DNA of 64,000 bases, from contig MU008212.1 of NCBI GenBank assembly GCA_010909165.1, positions 62,001-126,000 on the forward strand, read 5' to 3'. Of the stretch, positions 27,700 to 41,172 are shown in pieces. Below the pieces are notes generated by a model. That model was given only the letters and a program-made list of their open reading frames with translations. It was not told the origin of the DNA and ran no database searches. Made by a program: the position numbers and the translations under genes. The stretch is from Anthoceros angustus (Eukaryota > Plantae > Anthocerotophyta). Every line of letters begins with the position of its first letter. Position 1 is the stretch's first letter.

Positions 27700-30600
27700 A
27701 TCAAATTTTTGGACACTTCAATCGTCCTCTATCCCTTGACTTGTTTCCAGATGCAATACGAACTCCACGTGATATGGGCATATCGCGTGCACCAACATGT
27801 GCCTCACAGGCGCGGCGTCACTTGGTGACTCTTGAGACCAACACCAATGGTTTCGGGGTTCCTCCACATCTTCCTACACCTATCCAGACCTCTATAACCA
27901 CTTTCACAATTCTGAGGCTATGTCAATGCGGGCTACAAAGGTGGCGGACCAATTCCCTCTTGTTTGTTGCTAATTGACCATCACCGGTCCACCCATGCCT
28001 TGGCGACTCCATCGTCCGAGGAAAACATCTCGACCATTTACATTCCCCTCCACAAACGGCCCCCCTACCCATAGACTGGTACCAACCATTCCTATGTCAC
28101 TTGCGCCTACACCCCTTCGCCACCGTCCGACTCAGACTCCTCTTGCAGCTTCAACACCCGTTGTCTTTTGCTTGACCCTCTTCGCTCAGCACCTCCTCGT
28201 TTCGTCCTGGTGTGGTCCACCTTCTGTGGGCTGGCATTCGACCCACTAGCCTCAATGGCTAGCCCCTTCACTCCTGGCCCCATAGGCTGCCAAATCACCA
28301 CTTCCACAACACGGTACCGCATGCTGNTCTCACTGGCATCACTTCTTTAACCTCAATGACCATAAGGTCTCTCCATGTAGGTGTGTTCGCGTCCTCCTCG
28401 TGGCCTTTATGCATTTTCTTTGCTAAGGCGCGGGGCGCATCCACACATTCGAGTAGCGCTTACATTCCACTTCTCAAATATCTAGTCCACATACCTCCGG
28501 ACTTCTTCATCAACTTTTGCTACAGGTACTCCGGTGTTTTGTTGTCCACAAGCACAGTGATCACATGCCTTGAGACCATGCTTTGTTGCATCCCACTTTG
28601 GGATCACCGAGCACGCATACACATCCGGCTTCGAGTCGTCGCACTTCAAACCTTCGATCTCCTAGATAGCAACTCACTTCTAATGTAACGTACTCGGTCC
28701 ATGAAAGTAAATGTCTTTCTTGCATACTGCGATCGTGTTGTGGTCGTGGCTACAATCCTCATCTCGTCCTCGTGAGTCGGCTAGGACACTATGCATACGT
28801 ATGCTCGTGGCGAATCTTTCGGCTGACGGCCGAGGCAGCGCACAATCTCGTATGGGTCGCTAGTAGGAAGGTGAACTGCGTTCCAAAGTGAAATGATAGG
28901 CTCCGTTGGCTGCAGCATCTTTAGACGATTCTCACTTCACTTTGCGTCCATTAGAGTCTCAACGCACACATCTTCATCGCCGTGATCTAACTACTGCAAG
29001 CGTTCGCGCACGGGCGGTGTGGCTAAACGCGTTTAAGGACCCGCTCGGCGTCCGTGTAGCGTTCGCGTTAGTCACTCGCACCTCTGGTTCCTCTCTCCAC
29101 TCACACTGCATATCGGTCTTAGGAAAAGCGGGGCTACGGTCCAGGACCTCCTCCGTCGTTCTAGACGCCGTCCAGGGCTCTACATGCCCTCCGAGGTCCC
29201 TCAGGCTCACGTTCCGGTCACGGGTTCGGTGCGGGCGCGGCTAGGCGAGCGCGTCACGATCACCCGCACACCACAACCGTTGGGTCCGTCACGAGAACTT
29301 GATCAATCTCTCGGGAGTTGTCGTGCACCTTTCGGTGACTCGGGACTCACGTTAAGCGCAAAGGCGCTGGGGAGCGCGGCGCAGCATCAACGCAAGATGA
29401 TTTATTCGGGGCAGCCTCAGCCTCTTATACTACTAAGTCGACGCCTGGTTCCCCTATTCTGGTGGCGGTCCGGGTTCGCCTCGGGATTGGTGGTCAATCT
29501 CCCGTCTGGCGATTCGGCGCAATCGGATGATCCGTGAGGCGGGACCCCTCCTTTCTCCGGAATCATCGGGTTGGGCTCGGCGGTGGCGGCGGCCGCCCGT
29601 TACCTAACGTCATCCTCCACAGCCTCCCGTGGGTCCCCCTTGGTGGGGCCATTCTCTGCTCCCCTAAGCGTAAGTCGAGGGGCTCCTCCTTCTTGCTGAG
29701 TCCGGACCTCGAGGTCCGGTCTCGACTCCGGTCTGAACTCCGAGTCAGTCTTATTTCTAGTCGGTCTGGGTCGGCCTCGTCTGAGGTTCGGACCTCGGTC
29801 GAACTTGTCCGGTCCCCAAGCTCCGGACCCCTTGTCTGGACCTCGTCTTGCTGGGTCCTCATCCCTACCCAGGCCCTTGTCTTGGGTGGGTTGGCTCCTC
29901 CCCTCCCCTTCAGGGCCCCCCTTCTCCGGCGGGTTGCGGTGAACTTAGGGTCGTTGCGTCGCTCCTCTTGAGGCTCTTCTCCCCATTCCGTCGTCTCCAA
30001 GCAGGGGCCACGAGTCCCGTCTTTGTCCCATGCCCTTCTTCCCCTCAGGCCTTCCGGTCCGTCTATTTCGTGGCGGGGAGGCTCCAGGAGCTCGGCGTGG
30101 TAATAGGCAAAGTCGAATCCACTTGGATTGCCTCTTCCACGTGTGCGGAGCACCGATACTCCCGCCGCCATAGGTGCTCGGGTGGCGTCTTTGCCGGCTT
30201 GTTGGACCACCTCCCCGGGTTTGATAGCTGTGGGCCTTCAGCGAGGCTACAAGGCGCCTCGGTCACCTCCTGCAGCGGCTGTTGCTCCACTCCTCGCTCC
30301 TCGTTTGCTCCGACAGCCATAGCGTTCCCTTCCGCCTTCCTCCTGGACCGCGGCTTCTTATACGCTTCCGGTGCTCTCGCTTCTCTCCGTCCATTACGGT
30401 GCCCATCTCCCTCTCAGACGGTCGGGCAACTCTGTGCGGCCGCCAGTCCTTCTCCATTTCGGCGTCACGCTCCTGTTCCATCGCCGTCTGCCTCCGTCAT
30501 GCAGTGAGCCGCTCTCTGGTCGTGATCGCGTCGACCACTGACTACCATTCCTCTCAATGGTAGTTTGGGCTGCTGACTCAAGGTCTCCTTGCGGTCTTCC

Positions 30601-32900
30601 ATCTCCTGCTTGCTCCACCTCACCTTGTGAGTCAGGAGATCCTCCATCTCCTTGTCATGACTTCACAGGCTGGTGGTCGCGCTTGCTCCGCCGCCTCCTG
30701 CTCCATCTTGAGGCGGTGGGCGCTCTATCACTCGAAGTCTTGGACTCTCTGTTGAGAACCCTTGCTTGCTCAAGCGTCTTGGGTTGTAACTCCAAGGTGT
30801 CCTTCTTGTCCTCCGGCTCCTGCCGCCTCCCTACCTGCCCGGTGCGCCACAGGGTCCCGATTTCCGGGTCTTTGGCCTCAGTGTTTCCACGGCTCGTCTG
30901 CTTGCTCTTCTGCTCGGCCTTGATTGGCGGCTACCCGTAGCCTCCCTCCACCGGTTCGATCAGCCGAGTAGTGATCGCGGTCGCCTGGTGGCCTCCTGGC
31001 CACCTTCACAGGCTTCTCGACAGCTGGTCTGGTCGGGGCCGCCTCCGCGGTCGAGCCCTCACTTGCCCGGGCCTCTTAGCCTCTGCTGCGCTACCCTCTC
31101 ACTGCGGAGGTCCTCGGCCGCTTGGGCCTCCTTAGCACACTGCTTGGTGCTCCTCCGGTGAAGGAATTTAGTCGGTCCTTGCGAATGGACGGACTTCCCT
31201 CTCGGCCTCCCGTTTCCCTTCCTCAATCGGCCGAGCTTGGCCTTCCTCCTTGCCTCCTGGGCCCCTCAAGCTGCTCTCACGGAGGACCATCGCCTCGGGT
31301 GGCTTCTACCTCCTGGGTCTTCTCGGCCATCCCGAGACCCCAAAGCATCCGTCCATGGCGGTAGCAGGACCGCCGTGTTTCTTCCACGGCCGCCAGTGAG
31401 GCTCCCACAAAGTCCGTAGTGGGAGGCGGGCATTTCGTGATCCGAGGACCTCCATACCCGATCCGGAGTAAGTCGGGGGTTCTCGGACCTAATCGGGACC
31501 CTTAGGTCACGAGTCTTGGCTCGGGCTTCACCCTCCTTGGCCCTTTTGGCGAGCTCCTTCTCGCCCTTTTTCTCCACGGGGCTCGGAGGAGGTGAGGGGT
31601 CAGGGAGCAAGCCTTTTGCCTCTTCACCGGAGGCAGGACCCGGCTCAGTGCGGGCTGCTGCCGGTGACCTCCCTGCGGCGTCCTTCGCCCTCCTTCAGCC
31701 TCGACTTCTTGCCACTCAGGTAGGCGGGGTAAGCTTGGCACCGTCGAGGTCTTTGCGTTGGTAAACCATCTTGCGTCTCTTGGTTCCCTCGGTCGGTGCT
31801 CCTGGTTGTGGTGGTGGCTGGGCTATTGGGTCGGCGCCTCCTGCTTTGGCTCGGTGGGGCACGGAGGAGGAAGCGGGGATTTCCTCCCATACTTCCACAG
31901 GTGGTGAGGGGTCCGTTCGGACGTATGGAGTCGAATTCCCTCGATCGTCCTCCTCCCGGGTCCGTTTGGCCTTGAGGTCGGCCCCCTCGGGCGCCCTTGC
32001 GCTCCACTTCGGCGGGCCTCAGTCCTTTCCGGGCGCCCGCTCAAGCTCTCCCTCCTTGAGCTCGAAATGTCCCCATACATCGGGTATGGGGCGGAATGCG
32101 AGGCTTCGCTCCTTGAGCTTGCGGGCCTCCCAGGCCCGCAGGCGAAGATAATCCTTCCCAGTCCGCCCTCTTCCCCATTGGCGCATGCGAGAATACCAGC
32201 GAGTTATCACCAAGGTGATCCACCTTGGTGGCGAGTTCAATGGACAATGATCGGGCTACCGCCCTTACTCGGTATCCGGGTCGGATATCAACCAGCGTTG
32301 GTGGTCCTGCGTTCGAGCCTCGGCATCGCCCATTGCGGCCCTATCTTCCCGCCTTGAGGGGCTCGGCACCACTTCTTCCTCCTTTGGGCGGTTGTAGGCC
32401 GCCTCGGGACCTCAAGGTCCATCGCCGGGTCCTCCGGAGGTTCTTGGAACCTCCTTGTTGGCCGCCAGCATCTTGGCGAACTCCGGACGGTGTGTTGTCG
32501 AGCGTCGACCGGCGGAACACATCCAGTGCCACTCCTCACTAATTCTCCGCTTCCTCGGCCCGGGGCCCAAGTCGGATAGCGCGGGTCACAATGTTGCGCT
32601 CACGAGGTTCCATGGCTCCCAAACTTCCAGGCTTTTGGGTGCCATCGCCTTTCTCCCCTTGTTCTGCTGGCCGGCCGGGTTCGGCACGATCGCCCTCCTC
32701 GCCGCGTTCTTGCTCCAACCCGGCGGTGAACCACGCTCGAAGGTGCTTGGGCGCTCAAAGAGATAAGCGCCCGAGCGGGTTGCGGGCGCGAGGCTGCGGT
32801 GTCTCGAGTGCGCGAAATGACCTTCCCTTGGCGCCTTTGGGAGTAAGGCGGGAAGGCGCCTCTTCCTTGGCGCGGTGCATGGCTTATCGACCTTCGCCTC
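27700..32900 (-). mobile_element. Degenerate L1-like LINE A: large ORF1-like region (~29500-32900) and APE/RT remnants (~27700-29390)
   Basis: Minus-strand remnants resemble ALNV (APE start, ~29355), PG.DG (~28020) and GNWRP (~27950); upstream frames are charged and coiled-coil-like; heavily frameshifted. Confidence 0.55.
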
Positions 32901-33349
32901 CGCTTACTGCGGCCTTACGCGCGCGCGTACTCGGCCTTCGCCCGCGCGGTCGCGGGCGTGAATACTATACGGCCCCAGCAGTCAGTCTGGCAGTGCATGC
33001 CGACCTCCACTCGGGGCCGTCCACGTGGCGCCGCCTAGTCATCCTCACGGCTCAACTTCTAAGTTACTTTCCTGGCGTACTTATCTGTTTTGGACTGGAG
33101 TGGGTCGGACTTATCCGTTACCAGCGTAGTCCGGTTACTGCCATAGTAGTGGGTCGAGTCGTTGCCCACTCCAGTCCGGGTATACTCCGGTCGGTCAGTG
33201 CTATCCATGCTTATTCCTCCTTTTCGCCTTATTTATCCTCCCTCCTGAAAAAACAAAACCCTACTTATTTCTTCAACTCTAAGGGAAGTCCAGCGCCACA
33301 AGATCCATCCACTTGTACTCTTCCTTAGGTGAGTACAGATGGAGCAGGC

Positions 33350-36300
33350 AGGACCTTGCAGAAGAATGATTACCCCCAAGGAAAAACACACCTTGGTCCA
33401 CCTTCTCAGCGTCAAATTTGTTTTGTCACATTGTGAAGGATCGACTATCACAACCATTGGCAACTGACCACCCGGGGATGATGTTTCATCTTTGCATCAA
33501 AGCCTCCACCCAAGCGAGATCGATTTCCTCACCTGGCGCCTCACACAGTTCCTCGTGGTTTGCAACACTTGATTGGCGAGCTTCAAAGTAGACTCCCAAA
33601 CTCTTTTGATGTATCTAGTCCCTTTCACGTCTGGTTTGCATTTGCTCTTATTGCGACAAGCTGTCATCGCCCGATGTGACAGCGGCATCGCCAGCTTTCT
33701 CCACAAACACAGGCAGCGGTTTATCCTCCTCTTCTTCTTCGTTCTCCTCTCCACAATTGCGGGCTTCCCTTGTTTCCCCTTGATTTCTTGGCTTTCCCAT
33801 TGTTGTTGTGCCCGCTCTCCGGAATCTGTTTTGACAAAAGCTCCTCCTCTCTTCCTTCCTTGGCGGACTTCTTGACGATGGGGGACTCTGCCCTGCCCTT
33901 CTACACATCCAAGCATTTACCGGCTCAGACCTCTGTGAGCAATCACGGGATGGGATAGAACCTCGAGATCGTCTTCTTGGTGCCAGCTAGCGGTTCTCCT
34001 CTTAAATCTGTGAGCCACCAGCATCTCGATCGTCTTCAGGCTTCGTCGACAAAATACCATCCGGAAATGCCTCATTGTCCTCACCTGTAAATCCCTCGTG
34101 TCCTCGTCGTGCAGTTAGGCTTCCTTCCCTTCCGCAGATGAGTTATGCGCGTAGATTCACCAAGTCCAGTAGCTCCGCTCAAAATCCGGGACGTCCGGTC
34201 TTTCGGTGAACTCAGGGCATCACCAACTCAGTGCGAGACCACGATGGGGCACGCGTCGTGGGCTCACCGCCATGACCTCTGAGGATTAGCCAGCGGCGAA
34301 ACATTTCTTGAGAATCTTTATTCAGGATGCTTTCTAAGGTGGATTGCTAGGTTGTTTCTCGGTATTATGCACTAGTGGGTTGTTTCCCAATATTTGCACC
34401 GGTAAGCATACCATCTTCTCCATTCTTTGGGCTGCATCCTTTACATGCGATGCCCTTGTTGGTTGCTTCATTAGAGCGCTGTAATTGCTTCGCGGCGGAT
34501 GGAACCGTGGTAGGTTGCTTGACCGCCGTGATACATTCCTCGGCTGGTATGCGGTGTGGTGGGAGGTTCCGGGACCCGGAACCCTCATGGCGGCCACACT
34601 TATCATGTCGGTTCGTGCGGTGGGTTTCGTTCCACGAAGGGTGGGGAGCCCTTCCACGGATGGAGGTCGCCCTCACGGTGACCTCTCGACTCTCTCACTC
34701 CCGTGCAGGCGCCGGTGACTAAGCGCCCCTCCTACAGGCCACGGTGACCCACCCTCGGTAAGTCACACTACCCTCGCGCGATGACTCGTCGGCGGACCCT
34801 CGTCCGAGGCACCGCCCAATCTGCAGCGGCGACCTTGAGACCCCAAATCACCGTATTATCCTGACCCTTGAAATTCCACCTTCCTCTCTTTTCTAGGTTT
34901 CTTCCTCCTCTCTTCTCTTTTGTCTTTTCTCTTTTCTCTCTTGCTCCTTCCTTCTCCTCTCTTGCTCCCTATCCTCTCTAGCTCCTCTCTCGTCCTCTCG
35001 CTCTCACTCTCGCTCTCTCGCTCTCTCTTTTTCTTTTCTCTTTTCTCTCTTTTCTCCTCTCTTCTCCTCTCTTCTCTAATCTACCTCTTCCACTCTTCCT
35101 AGCTAACTATCGCCACAGGCGCCCTCACAGCCTCCCCACAGCGCCTCGAGATCATAGGGCATTGCCCTCACGGACCTAGGCGGACATTTGGCTGCAAGTG
35201 GCGTCCGCGTCTTTGGATTTTGCTAGGGGTCTTCCCCTTCCGATGCAGCCATGCCGTCACGCAACCACAATGCGCTCCCTCACGCTCGAACGCTACCCAT
35301 GCTACCTCCGGAAAGAAAGGTTTGGGCCCGCCCTCACCACAGTCACCGCACCTCAAGACCCTACCGGACACCATGCACCCTCACACGGTGGCACGCTTGT
35401 GTAGCAAGACAAGCACACCTGGTCGGAGAGCAAGGCATGACATTTTATTATGGGAGCTCCTCCCCTCTTATAGGAGCTCCCCAAACCCTAGCATTAATTA
35501 AGTCTGGGGTAGGTGGGGTTGCTTACGGTTTTAAGTAGGTGGCCTCTTAAAGGTTCTTAACCTACCTCCTAACAATCCCACTAACCCCTAGGGGTCTTAA
35601 TGACCCATTCACTCCCCTACCAACTATGCCTACTTCTTCTTGGGCGTTGGCATGGCGGCGCCCAACCATCTTCCTCCTCTTGGCTTGGGGGTCCCCGTCA
35701 GGATCTCTTCACTCGTCGTCGACGGGAACCTCCACACTGTCTCGGCGATCTTGTTGATGAGGCGGCTGCGCCACCCCTCTTGCAGGCGCTCTTGTAGAGG
35801 CAGCCTCTCTGTAGCCATCAGCCGCCCGCAATTACCTCCGGTTGGGTGTTGGTGCGGCTCACGTCCGCCCGGACACCCCACCAACTCTACTGCTGGAAAT
35901 CTCTTCCTCTTCCATTGGCTCCTCCCATTGAGCCTTGCATCCATTTCACTCTCCAAGTCACAGAATCTCCGAGTTGAGGGTGCAATTCTTCAAAATCTCC
36001 CCATCGTCATCGTGGGGACCCAACAACTTCCTTGTCAACAAGGAGCATCTCCTTGGCAAACTTGTTGACCCTAGCATGTAAGTGGACACTGCATCTCACG
36101 GCCCTTCAAACAAATCTCATCAAATTCCTCGGGCCACTCTCCACAGGCTATCTTACCATAGCATCCCTCTCAAGCGTCACCTCACTCAAGCAGGCGTAAG
36201 TGACATTCTCGGGCATCTCTCTTCCATGCCTCCGGTATCCCTTCGCCATGCATAATCGGCTGGGCGTTGCTTCTGACGACCGACATCGATGCATCATTTT

Positions 36301-38100
36301 CCTCCGGTGGGCTACCTCTTCCTTCCACCGTTGGTCCCTCCGTTGCTTCATGAGCTCCTCACGCTCCTTGCTCCATGTGGCTGTCCTCCTCCGGCTCCTT
36401 GAGCTTGGCCTCGATTCTTCATTCTTGGCTTGGCGCCTCGGCCTCCCCAGGGCAGTCTTGAGTCCCTATTCTCTTTCTTCTCGGCTGAAGGGGCTGAGAA
36501 ACTTCTTGCCGCTCCTTCCCCATCGGACGGTCTCCTCAATTTTACGATTGAGGTAGCCACTTCCTTCATTCGCTCCCTACTTTCTTGTCTCGCCTTTGTT
36601 CTTCAATCTTCTTTGAGCCCCAACCTCTCTCCGGTCAACTAGGCCCTTTGCAGCGCCATCTCCTTGATAGCCTTGCTATCCTTCTCCCCACGGCCAGGGC
36701 AATCGCTTGGTACATCACGGCGGCGGCTCTCACCTCAACTCCTCTACTTCCTGAGCTTGCTTCACTAATGGAGTGTCAATTAGGCGCGGATGGTCGATCC
36801 TTCAAAGCCTTTGTCTTCTCATTCCCCTCACAGGGGTCGACTCGGCCTTTCTCTTGGTGGCGGTCTCTCCCTCTGTCGATGTTGGGTGGAACTCCACGTG
36901 ACTCGGTCATCTCACAGGGTGGGTTACATCCACCACCACTCCATGGGGTTGCCTCCTGTACACATGGTGGCACGCCACCTCTTCCTCTTGTGCCCTTGTC
37001 TCCCCACAGACGCAGGCACCTCCTTCCTTGGCGTCGGGGCCAGCAGGGGTGGTCTCATCATCCAAGATCACCACAGGTGAAGCACTCCTTGCTCCACCTT
37101 GGGTTCCTCCTGCCTTCTTCACCTTCTTAGGAGAGGGACCCCACTAGTCCCTCGGAGGGACCACTTCAAGCGGTGGTAAGACTCCTCCAGCTCTTCTTAT
37201 CGATAACCCATGTGCCCCCCAAGCTGCACAAGGTAAGTACTCAAATGGGTCGCCCCTCATTATCCACAATGTTTGGCCTCGACTTGTCTCGGTGATGCTC
37301 ATAGGCCGACATGGTTGTCCCCAGTCGGTGAGCTCCTTGCTTGACTTCCACATGAAATGAAAGAATGCCTTCTTGAAGTAGGTGGTTATTTGACGGCGCA
37401 AAACTATCCTTGTAAAAGCTTCCACTTGAGGTCGACAATCTTATCATCCTCCGCCATTCAGCGTCTTGGCGTCTATCCCTCCGATGAGCATCTTTGAGAG
37501 CTTCCTCGGGAAGGTCGACCACCACTCTTTCCATCTTCATTCCTCTCGTGGGGCCACCCATCACTCTCGGTTTCGGCCTCCCCACCTTACGAATGTCTTT
37601 GGGCGGTCCATCCCGGATCATCGCCGCGTTCTCTCCGTCGAGTCTCTGTTTCTCCCTCCGTCGATTCGGTAGCAAGACTCAACCAATTCCACATTAGAAT
37701 AGGCCCAATGCCTATCGTAAACCCACTGGGCTGCACATTTTCGTGAAGTCGAAAATCCCATAAGTCTCTGGAGACTTGCACTGGCTCAAATCCGGCCCCT
37801 CCTTCTCGGCGATCCTTCTCGGGCTTCTCCTTCACGCTTTTCTTCTTCTTCTCCTTTCTTGTGAGTTCGCTCCCTCCTTCTTTGCTGGGCCTTGCGCCTC
37901 CTCGGGGCTGCGCGTCTTCATCTCCGTTCCTTACGGGCGGTCTCTTCTCCAAAAATCCTTCCTGCTATGCATCGATTTTCTCCTCTTGATCTTCTAAATT
38001 CTTCTAAGTGTTTCTTGTCGTCCTCCGACGGCCTCCCCGCTTCCTTGAGTCCTCGACCAACTCAAATGAGCTAAACACTCCCCTCTACTTACATATATAG
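33350..38100 (-). mobile_element. Degenerate L1-like LINE B (ORF1-like region ~35600-38060; APE-RT ~33350-35440)
   Basis: Minus-strand remnants: I.GDF (~34850), PDG (~34060), AFVK.R.I (~33830), EKA.D (~33695), DD (~33665), FLGV (~33375). Confidence 0.6.
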
Positions 38101-38866
38101 GGTGAGGAGGATTTTCCACACCCAAAGGCCAAGGACGAAATTTGTCCAAAGGCCAAGGACCTTTTCCCCTTGGACGTTAGAAATTCCTCAACCACCAAGG
38201 CCAAGGAAGAAATTCTCCAGCTGCCAATTCCCAAAAAGGAAGAAAAATCAGCGAGACATGCAAAAGGTCGGCCCCGCCCGCGTCATGACCGCCGCCCGTC
38301 TTCCGCTGTCAGAAACCCTCAGAAGGCCAAGGCGTGATTTCCTCCTCTCCGGCGCCAAGGATGATTTCTCTATATATGCATCGCTCCCTCCTTGGTGTTG
38401 CGCCTCTTCCTTCCTCTCGCCTTTTCACGTGCTCGCGCTCTCGCTTTGTCTGGAATTTGCGCGCGCAACCGCACGAGCCTCTCGCGCGTCTTCCGGTGGA
38501 GTAAACCTTACTCTGCATGTTGCATGCCTGGGGAGTGACGCGCGCCGCCGCCACTGGCGGCACCAACCCTCCTTTGCGAGGTTCGGCCTTTGCGAACCTC
38601 CCTCAGTAAACTTTCCGGACCTCTGTCCGGACCTCAGGACCTCCATCCTTTCTAACCGTTGGACCCGTTTTTGTTTTCCTCCTTTCGTCCGTCGATCGGG
38701 GCAAAACTGTCATCGCTTCTCCCCACACTCTTGTTCTCTTCCGTCAATTCTGTTGGTGAGAAAAAGAAAAGAAAAAAAAAAACCTAACTAATATGAACAA
38801 AACTAAGAGGCATCCGCCCCTCTTCTAACCGTAGACCCAAAATTTGGCGTTCCACATACGGTCCAC

Positions 38867-41172
38867 ATGCACCGGCCACGCCATCGTGAGTATCCTGGCC
38901 GGGTACAAGACCTTATTGATATGGTGGAGGACGAGGAAATGGGTGTGGTGACCGGATGGGTGAACAAGGTACCACATGGGAAGGTTGGAGTATGTCGGGG
39001 CATTACGCGGGTGTTACGCATTGGAGCAACTGCAGTCGGAATGCTCAAACCCGAGTACAAAAGGGAACCGGGTTTCTTCTTTGAGGCAAGGCTTGGAAGA
39101 ATCCCAACTTCATATGGTCTACAAGCTGTGATGTGGATGGATACATTTTTCAAAGGAAATGTGGAGAGACTACCCAACAGAGAAGTATTCAATCTGCCTG
39201 ATACATTCACAAAGGAGGAGATTTTCATAGAGTATGCCAGGCAACAGGCTAGAACAATTACCACACATGTATGTTACAGCTATTTCTGCAAGCTGTGGAT
39301 ACGCCACTTTCGGTCGGTGAAGATTCCACGATGCAACCGTTTTTCAATATGTCTTGTGAGCGAAAGCGAAAATAAAAATGCGAGCAGCGAGAGGAAGGTG
39401 AGTGCATCTATCTTAGATATGTGGTTAAACAACGGGATGTCCGGTGATTGGCAGTTGTCCTTTATGGGCTCTCCTAAACACTAAAGCCCGTTTTAGGGTT
39501 TTGTACAAATATTTGCTCTTCCTGCAGTCCCAAGGAACGTTTGCCTTCGACCCCGGACTTGTACTCATGGTGCGCCTCGTCTTGTATGTGCAGATAGACA
39601 CCGAGAGCTCCTTAATTACCACCGCGATCAACAACAGAAGGAGCGGGCGAAGATGGCGAAGCATCGCGGCAAGTGTATGGCTCAACCGACCAAGTACATT
39701 GGAATGGCGATAGATGGTATGGATCAAAAAAAAACTGAGTTGCCTCATTTCCGTAGAGTGCCCAAGGATGTCGATAATGCAGCCCTTGTCTCTGTTCATG
39801 TGCTTGGGGTTTTGGTGTTTAGCAAATACATGCGGACTTCTGTGTACCTAAGCTACCCCAATATTCGGAATGATCCCAACGGGACAATTACTATGGTCCA
39901 GCATGTTATTAACAATTGGGAAGGCCACTTGCCTGAAATTCTATACCTCCATATGGACAATACTGCGGCCCAGAATAAGAATCAAGAGGTGTTGGCGTAT
40001 TGTGCGATGTTAGTGTCCAAGGGTATTTTCAAGAAGGTTAAAGTGGGCTTTCTAATTGTTGGCCATACCCATGATCAGATTGATCAAATGTTCTCCGTTT
40101 TACATTGTCTTTGAATCTAAAGGAGGCCTACACCTTGCGAGGCGATTGCTTGCACGAGGCGTATACTCCATCACCGAATGTCTTCCTCATGAAGGAAGTG
40201 CCGGACTTCAAGAAATATTTGTGGCCACCTGGTGGTCCCTCAGCAACATTCAGACTGCACAATCACAGCTTTCAACATCAGTTTAAGATAACTCGAGAAG
40301 AGTTGCCTAGTCACGAGTATGTTACAGTGTTGAGGTGCAAGCAATTTTCCACACACTGGACCCCAGATGGTGGTGTGCAGCTGTTGCGGGATGGAGTACC
40401 AGAGAGGGAGATTGTGGCAGCGGAGCTGGTGCCATTGCATGTGAGGGCTAAAGGCAAAGGGCAAAAGGAACATGCAGATCTGCCTCCAGACAGGGCTGTC
40501 GCGGGAGTGGAGGACAATAGGCAGCGTTTAAAAACGTCGACAGATGTTTTTAATGATCAACAACTCTGTTGGTGGGAAGCTTTCTGGGAGGAGCAACTAG
40601 CAATAGCGGGTGTGGTAGCCTCTGGTGCTCTCCCTCCACTGGAAACTGCATGGACATGGTATAATAGAGGAGAGCACCCAGAACGGAAGATCCAGATGAA
40701 GTGGTAGTAGATCTTGCATTAGCAAGGCGCATATTCGGACAAGAGCGAGAGATTTACAGTGCACAGGACTACTGCTGACGACAACGTCGGAACAACGGCC
40801 AGAGGGTCTATTGCAGAGATTGAAGCGGGCATGATGCTTGCAGTGCAGTGCGGATGACGGAGGCCGTCCTTTCGGCTGGGTAAGGTTGTGGCGGTTGACC
40901 ATGATGGTGTTGAACCCGATAGCACAAGTGCATTGGTGGCGGTGAAAACCAAAATGCACGGCGGAAGGTACTCGGAAGAGTGGGTGCCATGCACTAACGG
41001 GCCGGAGGAAAGGGAGACGGCGGAACCCTTTGAAGAGGCATGTGCAACCCATCAATCTAATGGAGACAACAATTATGGGTTATGATTTTGAGCTAACGAG
41101 AGCAGGACTTTGAGCAAAGACACGGTGGAAATGTTGAAGAGAAAGATCTTTGAGCTTGACGGAGCCAAGTGA
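38867..41172 (+). mobile_element. Sola-like DDD/E transposase (probably DUF7869-type), frameshifted, with a likely intron at ~39398-39593
   Basis: F.KLW..HF..VKIP..RFS.C; IDGMDQKKT.LPHF; LYLHMDNT..QNKN; FLIVGHTHDQIDQMFS. Confidence 0.75.

Noticed and set aside
34880-35100. Hydrophobic ORF in a CT-rich tract
   Set aside because: Simple pyrimidine tract interrupting LINE B; possibly low-quality sequence.
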